Under the pieces are notes generated by a model. That model made no database searches. It was not told where the DNA came from and was given only the letters and a program-made list of their open reading frames with translations. Shown piece after piece: positions 1 through 10,129 of a DNA stretch of 64,000 nt (positions within the stretch are counted from its first letter, which is position 1; the number at the start of each line of letters is the position of its first letter). This DNA comes from an uncultured Actinomycetota bacterium (GTDB taxonomy: Bacteria; Actinomycetota; Actinomycetes; JAHEKZ01), in assembly GCA_963743915.1 (NCBI GenBank), contig CAVURN010000001.1, positions 736,001 through 800,000 on the forward strand, read 5' to 3'. Made by a program: the position numbers and the translations under genes.

Positions 1-353
1 CCCCACCTCCACATGGCGAACATGGCCAGCGACCCCTGCACGCTCACGAGCGAACGGATCCCGGAGTCGACCGCCTCGAGCTCGAGGCAGGCCAGCCCGT
101 AGGCGACGGCGCTGGTGCCGGCGCACCCGTAGCCCTCGAGGTGCATGCCGAGCACGCCCAGGTCACCGAGCTCTCGGGCCAGGTCACGGGCGGGGATCGT
201 GCCGGCCTCGAACCAGTCGGCGATGTGCGGACGCAGCCGGTCCTGCCCGAACTGACGGACGGTGTCGCGGATCGCCCGTTCCTCCTCGGAGAGCAGGGTG
301 TCGGTGGCGATCAGGTCGAGGGGACGGACGGGCCTCTTCATGGACTGGGACAT
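1..353 (-). CDS. Acyl-CoA dehydrogenase, glutaryl-CoA dehydrogenase-like (5' part; runs off the window)
   Basis: Manual translation from ATG at 353: MSQSMKRPVRPLDLIATDTLLSEEERAIRDTVRQF...GMHLEGYGCAGTSAVAYGLACLELEAVDSGIRSLVSVQGSLAM, a typical GcdH N-terminus. Confidence 0.85.
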   Translation of the reverse strand, partial: MSQSMKRPVRPLDLIATDTLLSEEERAIRDTVRQFGQDRLRPHIADWFEAGTIPARDLARELGDLGVLGMHLEGYGCAGTSAVAYGLACLELEAVDSGIRSLVSVQGSLAMFAMWRW

Positions 354-424
354 GGGAACTACCCTTCCGCGGAGATTGGATCCAATATACCACCGTCGCC
401 GGGCGGCCTCGAGGGGCCGGACGG

Positions 425-784
425 CTACTCGGCGATGACGAAGAGCTTGCGGACCGTCTCCAGGATGTCCCAGCGGCCCGACCACCCCTTGGGCAGCGTG
501 AGCACGTCGCCGGCGGCCAGCTCGACCGACGAGCCGTCGGCGTTGGTGAGCCGGGCGCGGCCGGAGAGGATCTGCACCGTCTCGTGGTCGGGCCGGTTCT
601 CGATGGTCCAGCCGCCGGGGGTGCACTCCCACAGACCCACCTGGACGCCGTTGCCCTCGTAGAACACCCGGCCGGCCGTCTGCGGCTCACCGCTGTCGGC
701 GCCGACCCGCGGGCCCCAGTCCTCGAGCTCACCACTGAGCTCGTCCGTTCCGTTGGCCACCAGCAGCGGAGAAGTCATGGGCAC
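425..784 (-). CDS. Cupin domain protein (DUF861/EutQ-like)
   Basis: GLWECTPG...HETVQILSG...LPKGWSGRWDILETVRKLFV cupin signature. Confidence 0.85.
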   Translation of the reverse strand: MPMTSPLLVANGTDELSGELEDWGPRVGADSGEPQTAGRVFYEGNGVQVGLWECTPGGWTIENRPDHETVQILSGRARLTNADGSSVELAAGDVLTLPKGWSGRWDILETVRKLFVIAE

Positions 785-813
785 GTCCCTTCGGTCAGCA
801 GTGTGTCGCGAGC

Positions 814-1983
814 CTACGCAGGGGGAGTGGCCCCTGGGGCGGGGGCTTCCTCGTGGGCCAGCAGGACGCCGTCCGAGGCCTCCCAGCTCAGCGCGACCCG
901 GTCTCCAGGCGCCACGCCGGCCGTCCCGGCGACCGTCACGAGCACCGGCGCCTCGTGGCCCGCGACGTCGACGGCGATGGTGGACGCACCGCCGAGGAAC
1001 TGGACGTCGGTCACCGTGCCGGACAGCCCACCGGCCCCGGAGCCGTCGGCCACGGCGAGTCGGACGTTCTCGGGCCGCACCATCAGATGGGCGACCGCGT
1101 GCTCAGCGACATCGCCCTGTCCTGCGAGGACGCCGAGACCCGGCACCTCGAGACCTGCAGGCACACGGCGGCCGAGGAAGAGGTTGCTCTCTCCGATGAA
1201 GTCGGCCACGAACACGTTGCCCGGTTGCCGGTAGAGCGTGACCGGTTCGGCCACCTGCTGGACGCGGCCGTGGTGCATGACCGCGATGCGGTCGGCCATC
1301 GACATCGCCTCCTCCTGGTCGTGGGTGACCACCGCGAAGGTGATGCCGACCTCGTGCTGAAGGCGCTTGAGCTCGCGCTGCATCTCGGCCCGCACCTTCT
1401 TGTCTAGGGCGGACAGCGGCTCGTCGAGCAGCAGCATGCGCGGTCGCTTCACGATGGCGCGAGCAAGAGCCACCCGCTGCCGCTGACCGCCGGACAGCTG
1501 CTGGGGACGCCGGCGCGTCTGCTCGGTCAGTCCCACTGTCTCGAGCACCTCGCCGACCCGCCGCCGCACCTCGTCCTTGCCGAGTCCCTCGCGCTCGAGG
1601 CCGTACGCCACGTTGCGCTCCACCGACATGTGGGGGAAGAGGGCATACGACTGGAACATCAGGTTGACCGGCCGACGGTGCGGGGGCAGACGCAGCAGGT
1701 CCTCACCGAGCAGGGTCACAGAGCCGGCATCGGGTTCCTCGAAGCCCGCGAGGATCCGCAGCAGCGTCGTCTTGCCGCACCCGGAGGGACCCAGCAGTGC
1801 GAAGAACTCGTTGGAGGCGATGTCGATGCTGACGCCGTCCAGCGCCACCACGTCGCCGAAGGACCGGCGCACCTCAGAGACCCTCAGCAGCGAGCTGGCG
1901 ATGCCTGCCCCGGGATCGTCGACGTTCGGGGTCTCGACTGTCATGGGCGCTGCCACCTCGTGCAGGTCGGGTTCATACGGCAT
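814..1983 (-). CDS. potA: Polyamine ABC transporter ATP-binding subunit (PotA-like)
   Basis: Walker [14 protein letters not shown] signature, LLLDEP, TOBE-like tail; alternative start at 1944. Confidence 0.9.
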   Translation of the reverse strand: MPYEPDLHEVAAPMTVETPNVDDPGAGIASSLLRVSEVRRSFGDVVALDGVSIDIASNEFFALLGPSGCGKTTLLRILAGFEEPDAGSVTLLGEDLLRLPPHRRPVNLMFQSYALFPHMSVERNVAYGLEREGLGKDEVRRRVGEVLETVGLTEQTRRRPQQLSGGQRQRVALARAIVKRPRMLLLDEPLSALDKKVRAEMQRELKRLQHEVGITFAVVTHDQEEAMSMADRIAVMHHGRVQQVAEPVTLYRQPGNVFVADFIGESNLFLGRRVPAGLEVPGLGVLAGQGDVAEHAVAHLMVRPENVRLAVADGSGAGGLSGTVTDVQFLGGASTIAVDVAGHEAPVLVTVAGTAGVAPGDRVALSWEASDGVLLAHEEAPAPGATPPA

Positions 1984-2752
1984 CGGTGATGCGACTGGAC
2001 CGCTGTGCGAGGAGCACGGCGGTGAAGCTGACCGCGACCAGGATGGTCGCCAGGGCGTTGATCTCAGGCGTGACGCCGAACCGGACCATGGAGTAGATGA
2101 CCATGGGCAGGGTCGGTGTGGTGGTCCCGTTGGTGAAGAAGGCGATGACGAACTCGTCGAGCGAGAGGGTGAAGGCGAGCAGTGCTCCCGCGACGATCCC
2201 CGGGGCGAGGGTGGGAACGGTGATGCGCCAGAACGTGCCGACCGCCGTCGACCCGAGGTCGCGCGAGGCCTCCTCCAGTGAGGGATCGAGGTGCCCGAGC
2301 CGCGCCTTCACCACAGCGGCGACGAACGCGGTCGAGAACACGACATGGGCGAGCAGCACCGAGTGCAGGCCCAGGCTCATCGAGATCATCGAGTAGAAGG
2401 CAAGAAGGCCGATCGCCAGCACGATGTCCGGCATGATCGCCGGTGCCAGCGCGGCGGCCTCCAGCGTGCGTGACCGGGTGTGCCGCTCGAGCCCGATCGC
2501 GAGCAGGGTCCCGAGGGCGGTCGCCAGCACCGTGGAGCCAACGGCCACGATCAAGGTGTTGACGACGCCTTCGAGCACGACCTCGTTGCCGGCCAGCTCG
2601 CCGTACCAGCGCAGGCTGAAGCCCTGCCAGCTGAAGGGCGTCTTGGACGCGTTGAACGACATGACCATGAGCACGAGGATCGGCAGGTAGAGAAAGGCGT
2701 ACGTCACCCAGAAGGGCACCCACAAGGCCCGCCTTCCGCGGCGGCTACGCAC
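1973..2752 (-). CDS. potC: Polyamine ABC transporter permease (PotC-like)
   Basis: FLYLPI..MSFN, LEEASRDLG EAA loop, SLDEF, GVTPEINA. Confidence 0.9.
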   Translation of the reverse strand: MRSRRGRRALWVPFWVTYAFLYLPILVLMVMSFNASKTPFSWQGFSLRWYGELAGNEVVLEGVVNTLIVAVGSTVLATALGTLLAIGLERHTRSRTLEAAALAPAIMPDIVLAIGLLAFYSMISMSLGLHSVLLAHVVFSTAFVAAVVKARLGHLDPSLEEASRDLGSTAVGTFWRITVPTLAPGIVAGALLAFTLSLDEFVIAFFTNGTTTPTLPMVIYSMVRFGVTPEINALATILVAVSFTAVLLAQRSSRITDAV

Positions 2753-3641
2753 GGCGACCCCCCTCGTTCACGCGCCGGGTCACCCATGCCTGGATCAGGA
2801 AGAGCCCGATCAGAAAGGCGATGACGGACAGCGCGAGCACCGAGCCGAAGGGCCAGTCGCGCGCCTTCAGGTACTGGTCGCGGATCAGGTTCCCCACCAT
2901 CACCGTCTTGCCGCCCCCGAGCAGCTCGGGGATGACGAAGTTCCCCAGGCTCGGGACGAACACGAAGATGCAGCCGGTGAGCACGCCGGGAAGGGTGAGC
3001 GGCAACGTGATGTCGCGAAAGACCCGAACGGTGCCGGCCCCGAGGTTGGAGGCTGCCTCACGCAGCTCCGGGTCGAGCCGCTCGATCGAGGAGTACAGCG
3101 GAAGGATCATCAGCGGCAGGTACGCGTAGAGCAGCCCGGCGATGACGGCGGGCTGCGTGTACAGCAGCGTCAGGGGCCGGTCCACCACGCCGAGCCCGGT
3201 GAGGGTCTGGTTCACCGGTCCCTCGGAGTTGAGCAGGACGATCCACGCGTACGTCCGGATCAGGAAGTTCGTCCAGAACGGCAGCACCACGGCGATGAGG
3301 GCAACGGTCCGCCACCGCCGGGGGAGCGAGGCGATCACGTACGCGGTCGGATAGCCGAGCAGCAGGGCGAGCAGAGTCGTGATGCCGGCGATCACCAGCG
3401 AGTCCAGCAGCACGTTCACGAAGATCGGGTCGAGGGCGCGCGTGAAGTTCCGCAGGGTCGGCTCGTACACGATGCCGCCGAACCGGCCACGCTGCATGAA
3501 CGCGTAGAAGACGATCGTCCCGAGCGGCACCAGCAGGAAGATCCCGAGATACAGCAGCCCCGGCCCGAGATAGACCAGCCGAGGCAGCAGGGCGCGGCTC
3601 CTCGCGGAGCCGCGTCCTGCTGGGGGCGCGGAGATCACCAT
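2745..3641 (-). CDS. potB: Polyamine ABC transporter permease (PotB-like)
   Basis: LPFWTNFLIRTYAW, YAYLPLMILPLY, EAASNLGA, RDWPFGS. Confidence 0.9.
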   Translation of the reverse strand: MVISAPPAGRGSARSRALLPRLVYLGPGLLYLGIFLLVPLGTIVFYAFMQRGRFGGIVYEPTLRNFTRALDPIFVNVLLDSLVIAGITTLLALLLGYPTAYVIASLPRRWRTVALIAVVLPFWTNFLIRTYAWIVLLNSEGPVNQTLTGLGVVDRPLTLLYTQPAVIAGLLYAYLPLMILPLYSSIERLDPELREAASNLGAGTVRVFRDITLPLTLPGVLTGCIFVFVPSLGNFVIPELLGGGKTVMVGNLIRDQYLKARDWPFGSVLALSVIAFLIGLFLIQAWVTRRVNEGGRRA

Positions 3642-3686
3642 GATCGGGTAGCCGTGCCGCCGACCGACGGCACCGTCAGACGACCG

Positions 3687-4796
3687 TCAGCCGGCGGTGA
3701 CGGAGGTCGCGATCTCGGTGTACATCGGGGCGGCGTCCCCGAGGTCGACCAAGGCTTCCTGCTCGAGCAGCTCGGCAGGAGTCATGCCGAGGTTCGGGTA
3801 GGCCTTGACCAGCTCGGGGTCGATCATCTCCATGGCCGCCTGGTTCGGCACCTTGTAGAGGATGTTCTCGACCACCCAGGACTGCACGTCAGGGTCGAGG
3901 ATGTAGTTGATGAAGGCGTGCGCCGCCTCCTTGTTCTCCGAGGACTTCAGGATGACCATCGTGTCGGTCCACAGGTCGCTGCCCTCGTCGGGGACGACGA
4001 ACTTGATCCGGTCGTCCTCGGCGATGCCGTAGTTGCACCAGCCGTCCCAGGCCTCGACGAGCGATGCCTCACCCGACACCAGGCGCGAGTAGAACGTGGT
4101 GTCGTCGTAGGCGAGCAGCGTCGGCTTGGTCTCGAGCAGCTGCTGCTCGACCTGCGCCATCTCGTCGGCGTCCGTGGTGTTCACCGAGTAGCCGAGGGCC
4201 TTCTGCGCGGGAAGCATGAGCCACCGCTCGGTGGACATCATCGTGGTCTTGCCCTCGACGTTCGGCTTCGGGTCGAGCAGGTCGTTCCAGCTGGTGGGGT
4301 CGTACCCGGTGAGGTCCTCGCGGTAGCAGAGCCCGGTGGTGCCCCACGAGTACGGGACGGAGATGGTGTTGCCCGGGTCGTACGCCAGCTCGGAGGCCTC
4401 CGGGTACAGGTTCTCCAGGTTCGGGATCAGCGCGGGGTCGATCGGCTCGAGCAGCCCCTGCTCTCCAAGCGCCTGCGCGAACTGGCCCGAGACGAACGCC
4501 ACATCGATGCCGGGGTCGTCGGTCGCCGTCAGCTTGCCGACGATCTCCTCGTTGGTCGCGTGGTACGTCACCTCGACAGGTGCGCCGACCTCCTTCTCGA
4601 AGCGCTTGGGAAGGTCGTCGGGCATGTACGCCTCCCAGTTCGACACCACCAGTGACTGCTGGGTCAGGTCGGCGTTCGGGTCGAGGCTGCTGCCGGCGTC
4701 GGCCTCCTCGTCGTCACCGCCGCCGCACGCGGCGAGCACGAGGGCGGAGGTCAGCGAGAAAGTGGCGATCGCCAGCGCGCGGGGGCGGTGCGACAT
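3687..4796 (-). CDS. potD: Polyamine ABC transporter substrate-binding lipoprotein (PotD/PotF-like)
   Basis: Lipobox LAAC, NWEAYM, PYSWGTTG, SWNDLL, EGSDLWTD, AHAFINY. Confidence 0.9.
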   Translation of the reverse strand: MSHRPRALAIATFSLTSALVLAACGGGDDEEADAGSSLDPNADLTQQSLVVSNWEAYMPDDLPKRFEKEVGAPVEVTYHATNEEIVGKLTATDDPGIDVAFVSGQFAQALGEQGLLEPIDPALIPNLENLYPEASELAYDPGNTISVPYSWGTTGLCYREDLTGYDPTSWNDLLDPKPNVEGKTTMMSTERWLMLPAQKALGYSVNTTDADEMAQVEQQLLETKPTLLAYDDTTFYSRLVSGEASLVEAWDGWCNYGIAEDDRIKFVVPDEGSDLWTDTMVILKSSENKEAAHAFINYILDPDVQSWVVENILYKVPNQAAMEMIDPELVKAYPNLGMTPAELLEQEALVDLGDAAPMYTEIATSVTAG

Positions 4797-5002
4797 GGAG
4801 GGACTCCATTCCCGGCGTCCGTGACGCCGATGGGCTCTCGAATTGCCCTTTCTTACATCAGGAGTCAGAACTCGACAAGGGGTTGCGCCGCGTGGCGCTC
4901 AGGTGTTGTGTTCTCTCTCTGAAGTCGCATTCAAATTGTTACGCAGTCCTGGTGGCGACCCGGCACCCCGCGCCGCCGCGCCGGCTGCCTCCGGAGGTGA
5001 GA

Positions 5003-5629
5003 GTGGCGTCCCCCACACGACGACGGAGTGAGCGGCGGGCGGAGCTCCAGGCCGCGGCGCAGCGCGCCATGGCGGCCCACGGGGCGAACGTGCAGCTCAA
5101 CCAGGTCGCTCGAGAGGCGGGTCTGACATCGGGGGCCGTCCTCTACCACTATCCGGACCTGCAGGAGCTGCTGCTCGACGCACAGCGGTCGGGTATGGAG
5201 CGCTTCTACGACGCGCGTGTCCGGGCGATCGAGGGGATCGCCGACCCGGTGGACCGACTGGTCGTCACCATCGCGTCCGGACTTCCGCACGACGTCGACG
5301 ACCCTGATGTGCGGCTGCTGTGCGAGCTCGGCGGAGCGGCCGCGCGCAACCCGGTGTACGGCGCGCTGCTCACGACCCTGTTCGACCGGCAGGTCGCGAT
5401 GTACCAGGTGATCCTCGAGGCGGGCTCGGCGACCGGCGCCTTCCGGCTGTCACCGGACGCCGTGACCATCGGCCGCAACCTGGTCGCGCTCGAGGACGCC
5501 TACGGATACCGCATGATGGCGCGTCACCCCAGCATCGACCGCAGGACGGCGATCGAGCTGATCATGACGTACGCCAGGATGGCCACCGGCCATGCCCTCA
5601 CCAGCCCCGACCCAGAACTGGAGTCCTGA
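5003..5629 (+). CDS. TetR-family transcriptional regulator
   Basis: GTG after GGAGGTGA SD; HTH VAREAGLTSGAVLYHY; divergent from the potD operon; TGATG overlap with the next gene. Confidence 0.85.
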   Translation: MASPTRRRSERRAELQAAAQRAMAAHGANVQLNQVAREAGLTSGAVLYHYPDLQELLLDAQRSGMERFYDARVRAIEGIADPVDRLVVTIASGLPHDVDDPDVRLLCELGGAAARNPVYGALLTTLFDRQVAMYQVILEAGSATGAFRLSPDAVTIGRNLVALEDAYGYRMMARHPSIDRRTAIELIMTYARMATGHALTSPDPELES

Positions 5630-6945
5630 TGTCAGATCGGCCCATGACGGTGCTCTTCATGCCGGAGTCGGCCTACGGGCCGACCGGGAACTGCATCGGG
5701 ATCGGTGACCTCCTGCTCCGCCGCGGCCACCGAGTCGTCTTCGCCGCCGAGGCGTCGTGGAAGGGCAAGCTGGAGCCGCTGGGATTCGTCGAGGATCTCG
5801 TCCACCTCGCCCCGCCGCCGCCCGAGGACGCCGGGGAGCAGGACGCCGGCGCCTTCTGGAAGGAGTTCATCCGCGACACCTCGCCGGAGTTCCGGAAGCC
5901 GACGGTGCAGCAGCTCGAGTCGTTCATCGCGCCCACGTACCAGGCCCTCATCGACGGAGCGAAGTACTGCGAACCGCACCTCCGCGAGATCATCGCCCGC
6001 CAGCGTCCCGACGTCATCGTCGAGGACAACGTGGTCGCCTTCCCCGCCCTGCTCACCTCCGGAGCGCCCTTCGTCCGGATGGTCAGCTGCAACCCGCTGG
6101 AGATCAAGGGTCCAGGCGTGGCCCCCACCTTCTCGGGACTGGCTGCGGACGACGACAGCGAGTGGGCGGCCTTCCGTGCGGAGTACGACCGCACCCACCG
6201 ACCCATGTGGGAGGACTTCAACGAGTTCGTCGTCGCATCGGGCGCGCCTCCACTTCCTGAGCTCGAGTTCATGCCGGTGTCAGAGCACGCGAACCTGTAC
6301 CTCTTCCCGCAGGAGGCCGACTACACCGACCGGCGACCGCTGGACTCCACCTGGCACCGGATCGACTCGAGCGTGCGCTCCACCGACGAACCGTTCGAGC
6401 TGCCGAGCGAGCTCGCCGACCGTCCGGACGGCTCGGCCCTGGTCTACCTCTCGCTCGGCTCACTGGGCAGCGCTGACGTCGAGCTGATGAAGCGCCTGGT
6501 CGACGTGCTGGGGCACACCCCGCACCGGTACATCGTGAGCAAGGGACCCCAACACACCGAGTACGAGCTCGCCGACAACATGTGGGGTGCGGAGTTCCTG
6601 CCCCAGACGTCGCTGATCCCGCTGGTCGACCTTGTCATCACCCACGGCGGCAACAACACCACCACCGAGTCCCTGCACTTCGGCAAGCCGATGGTGCTGC
6701 TCCCGCTCTTCTGGGACCAGTACGACAATGCGCAGCGCATCGACGAGCTCGGCTTCGGACGCCGGCTCCGCACCTACGAGTTCACCGGCGCCGAGCTGGT
6801 CGGTGCCGTCGACGGGCTGCTGAACGACACCGGTCTGCGGGAGCGGATGGAGGCGATGGGGGCAGCCATCCGCGCACGCCAGGGCAAGGAGAAGGCGGCC
6901 GACCTGATCGAGCAGGTCGCGCGGCAGCACCGCGACGGTGGATGA
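5629..6945 (+). CDS. GT1/MGT-family glycosyltransferase
   Basis: VYLSLGSLGS, FLPQ..L...DLVITHGGNNTTTESLHFGKPMVLLPLFWDQ (UDPGT signature). Confidence 0.9.
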   Translation: MSDRPMTVLFMPESAYGPTGNCIGIGDLLLRRGHRVVFAAEASWKGKLEPLGFVEDLVHLAPPPPEDAGEQDAGAFWKEFIRDTSPEFRKPTVQQLESFIAPTYQALIDGAKYCEPHLREIIARQRPDVIVEDNVVAFPALLTSGAPFVRMVSCNPLEIKGPGVAPTFSGLAADDDSEWAAFRAEYDRTHRPMWEDFNEFVVASGAPPLPELEFMPVSEHANLYLFPQEADYTDRRPLDSTWHRIDSSVRSTDEPFELPSELADRPDGSALVYLSLGSLGSADVELMKRLVDVLGHTPHRYIVSKGPQHTEYELADNMWGAEFLPQTSLIPLVDLVITHGGNNTTTESLHFGKPMVLLPLFWDQYDNAQRIDELGFGRRLRTYEFTGAELVGAVDGLLNDTGLRERMEAMGAAIRARQGKEKAADLIEQVARQHRDGG

Positions 6946-8281
6946 CCTGACGCGGCAGGTCGCGGCCACGGAGACGGGCCGGCTGCTGCCCACCCGTCTC
7001 GAGGCGGAGGCGGCACGGCTGCCCGCCGCGTTCGCCCTCGCCGGCGCCGCCTCCCTGCCCGGCACAGAGGCGTCGTTGGTGGTGCTCCGTGACGAGAACG
7101 GTCTGCTCTTCGCAGGTCCGGTGCTCCGGTCCGCCGACGACGGGCTTCGTCGCGCGCGTCCCGGTGACGGGGCCGCCCATGCCCTGGCCGCCGTACTGGC
7201 AGGGGCAGGTTCACTCGACGGCAGAGGATTCACCACGACGGTGCTGGTGCCGGACGGCTCGGTGCAGGCATCGGGCATCGTCGATGCCGAGCGTCCCATG
7301 CTGGTGGACCAGACCCACGAGTCGGTCGTCGTCGCGGAGCGCGCAGTGGTCAAGTGGGCGGTGCATGCCGAGTCGACCCCGGCGTCGGTGCTCGTGCCGC
7401 ACCTGTCCGAGGCCGGGTTCGCGGCGATGCCGGGGCCGTGGGGGTTCGTGACCTGGCAGGACCCCTCCGACCCGCACGCCGAGCCCGGGGTGCTGGTCGC
7501 GTCGGTGATGGACTACCTGCCCGAGGCGTCCGACGGCTGGACGTGGGCCGTGCAGGACGTGGGCCGATGGGCGACCGGCGCCGTGGACCTGAGGGTGGCG
7601 CTGGAGCCGATGGAGGCGCTCGGCGTCCTCGTGGCCGACCTGCACGTGGCTCTCGCAACACCGACGTCGGTCATCCCGGAGCCGACGACGACGGCGGACG
7701 CGGTCGAGCTGTCCCGGTGGCGCTCGCTGGCCGAGGCGCTCCTGTCGGAGGCGGTCGAGGGCGTCGACGGTCCGGAAGGCGAGCGGCTCGCGGCCCTGCG
7801 GGACCGGGTCGCGACCACTCTGGCGACCCTCGACGCCGCGGCGGGCACGGTGACCATGCCGGTGCACGGGGACCTGCACGTCGGACAGGTGCTGCGGTGG
7901 CGCGGCGGCTACGCCGTGGGCGACTTCGACGGCAACCCGGTGCTGCCCGTGCCCGAGCGGCTTCGACCGCAGCCGGCAGCGCGCGACGTCGCCGGCATGC
8001 TCCAGTCCCTGGACCACGTCGGCCGGGTCGTGGTGCGGCGGGTCGACGGTGCTGACGCCGCCCTGGTCGAGCAGTGGATCACCGACGCGCAGGAGCACTT
8101 CCTGTCCGCGTACCGGCGACGCCTCGCGGAGGCGGACGCATCGCGGCTGCTCGACGAGCGACTGCTGCTGCCGTTCCGCGTCGAGCAGGAGTGTCGGGAG
8201 TTCCTCTACGCTGTCCGGCACCTGCCACGCTGGCGCTACGTGCCGGACCAGGCGCTGCAGGCGCTCTTCCCCAAGGGATGA
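6938..8281 (+). CDS. Maltokinase-fold sugar kinase (actinobacterial glucosamine-kinase-like)
   Basis: DQTHESVVV, VVKW, HGDLHVGQ, DFDGNP, RDVAGMLQSLDHV, REFLYA (APH/Mak fold motifs). Confidence 0.75.
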   Translation: MDDLTRQVAATETGRLLPTRLEAEAARLPAAFALAGAASLPGTEASLVVLRDENGLLFAGPVLRSADDGLRRARPGDGAAHALAAVLAGAGSLDGRGFTTTVLVPDGSVQASGIVDAERPMLVDQTHESVVVAERAVVKWAVHAESTPASVLVPHLSEAGFAAMPGPWGFVTWQDPSDPHAEPGVLVASVMDYLPEASDGWTWAVQDVGRWATGAVDLRVALEPMEALGVLVADLHVALATPTSVIPEPTTTADAVELSRWRSLAEALLSEAVEGVDGPEGERLAALRDRVATTLATLDAAAGTVTMPVHGDLHVGQVLRWRGGYAVGDFDGNPVLPVPERLRPQPAARDVAGMLQSLDHVGRVVVRRVDGADAALVEQWITDAQEHFLSAYRRRLAEADASRLLDERLLLPFRVEQECREFLYAVRHLPRWRYVPDQALQALFPKG

Positions 8282-8339
8282 GCGACCGGTCGTTGACGCT
8301 GACCGACGAACGACTGGACCCTCTGCCTCCGGGAGCGAC

Positions 8340-9299
8340 GTGGACGCCCACCTCTTCACCGCCGACCTCGAGGCGCGACCCTCGGCCCTCGGCGACCTGC
8401 AGCGGGTGCTCGTCACCGACGACCCGTGGGCCGAGGTCCCCGAAGAGGTCGGCCAGGTGCTCTTCCTGGGGATGGGCTCGTCGACCTTCGCCGCCTCGGT
8501 GGCGGCGGCGCGGCTGCGGGCCCTGGGGGTCGACGCGGTGGCCGAGCTGGCATCGTCCGAGCTGCTGCCACCCCCTGATCCCGAGCAGCTCGTCGTGGCC
8601 ATCTCGGCGTCGGGCGGATCACGCGAGACGAGCGACGCGGTGGCCCAGTACGCGGGTCAGTCGCCCGTGATGCTGCTGACGAACACCGCGGGGTCCGCGC
8701 TCTCCGCTGCCGCTGACCACACCGTGCTCCTGCACGCAGGGAAGGAGCGGGGCGGCGTCTCGTGCCGTTCGTACACGCACACCCAGGTGCTGCTGCTGGC
8801 CCTCGAATCCCGGCTCACCGGCGCCGATCGTGACCTGCTGGCGCTGCTCGGCAAGGTGATCGAGGCGTCCGACGACCTGCTGTCACGACGGGACCAGTGG
8901 CTGCCGCCGACGGTCGAGCGACTCGCGGGTCCGGACCTCACGGCGGTGGTGGCACCCTTCCGACGGCTCGGGAACGCGCAGCAGAGCGCCCTGATGCTGC
9001 GCGAGGGCCCGCGTCGCGCGGCGATCGCCAGCGAGGCGGGGGAGTGGAGCCACGTCGACGTCTACCTCACCAAGACGCTCGACTACCGGATGCTGCTGCT
9101 GCCGGGCAGCCGCTACGAGGACCAGCTCCTGCAGTGGACGCAGGAAAGAGGTTCGACGGTGGTCTCGGCCGGCGCAGACATCCCGGGCGCGACGGCGTCC
9201 GTCCGCTACCTGCACGACGACGACGAGGACGTCCGCGTGCTGACCGAGCTGCTGGTCGCCGAGCTCGTCGCTGCCGAGCTCTGGCGCGAAAGCGCGTAA
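8340..9299 (+). CDS. SIS-domain sugar isomerase/deglycase (GlmS/FrlB-like)
   Basis: FLGMGSS, AISASGGSRET, LTN, ALMLREG, GEWSHVDVY; GTG start chosen within ORF 8049-9299. Confidence 0.8.
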   Translation: MDAHLFTADLEARPSALGDLQRVLVTDDPWAEVPEEVGQVLFLGMGSSTFAASVAAARLRALGVDAVAELASSELLPPPDPEQLVVAISASGGSRETSDAVAQYAGQSPVMLLTNTAGSALSAAADHTVLLHAGKERGGVSCRSYTHTQVLLLALESRLTGADRDLLALLGKVIEASDDLLSRRDQWLPPTVERLAGPDLTAVVAPFRRLGNAQQSALMLREGPRRAAIASEAGEWSHVDVYLTKTLDYRMLLLPGSRYEDQLLQWTQERGSTVVSAGADIPGATASVRYLHDDDEDVRVLTELLVAELVAAELWRESA

Positions 9300-9326
9300 C
9301 GGATCTCGCTGGCGTCGGTGTGGACG

Positions 9327-9399
9327 CCCAGAGTGGAGGATCTCTTGCGGTTTTCGCGGGTCATCTGGCCGAGAACCGCAGGCAATTCACCAGTCTGGG
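9327..9399. repeat. Imperfect intergenic palindrome (REP-like or bidirectional terminator)
   Basis: cccagagtgg...ttgcggttttcg / cgagaaccgcagg...ccagtctggg between convergent genes. Confidence 0.45.
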
Positions 9400-9417
9400 A
9401 TTCGACGCGGCGCGCTG

Positions 9418-10105
9418 TCAGGACGTGGGACGCCGCCAGCCCTTGACGTAGTCGGGAACCGGGTAGGGCTCGACGAGGTCGGGTGCGGGGATCGGCTCGC
9501 CGAACGACTCCCGCAAGGGAACGACGCCCGCCCAGATGGGACGCGAGATGTCGTCCTCCTCGTCGTCCGGGGGACCGTCCGCCACCTTCACCGAGATCTC
9601 GTCGAGCGGCAGCGCAAGGACGAGCGTCGCGGCCAGCTCCTTCTTGTTCGGGTGCCGGGCCTCGCTCCAACGACCGGGGAGCAGGTGCTCGGTGATCACC
9701 TCGAGAGCATGGTCCTTGTCGTCGCCCTCGAGGACCGAGCTCACGCCGAGCACCATGACGCCGCGGTAGTGCATCGAGGACTCGAACGTGGAGCGGGCCA
9801 GAACCATCCCGTCCAGGAGCGTCACGGTGAGGCAGGTGCGCTGACCTGCGGCCAGACCACGGAAGAGTCGGCTGCCCGTGGAGCCGTGGAACAGCACCCG
9901 GTCACCGTCACGGGCGTAACCCGACGGGCACCACGTACGGCTGGCCCTCGTCGTCGACGACGGCCAGGTGCGCGACGAAACCTGCGTCGAGGATCGCATA
10001 GGCCGTCGCGCGGTCGTTGACCGTCTTCTCGGCGAGCCGTCGGATGGTGGTGCGTTCGGTGCTGCCCGGAGCCGGAAGGGCGTCGGTGGCGGTGCTCTCC
10101 GTCAT
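9418..10105 (-). CDS. Pyridoxamine 5'-phosphate oxidase-like flavin-binding protein (frameshift near 9920)
   Basis: Two frames join: RTTIRRLAEK...ILDAGFVAHLAVV..GQPYVVP | YARDGDRVLFHGSTGSR...LDGMVLARSTFESSMHYR. Confidence 0.8.
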
Positions 10106-10129
10106 GGTGTTCCCGTCGTGGATGGGCCA

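Noticed and set aside
8278-8340. ATGA-overlap start for the SIS gene implying another frameshift
   Set aside because: An in-frame GTG at 8340 with a GGGAG SD gives a plausible N-terminus without invoking an error.
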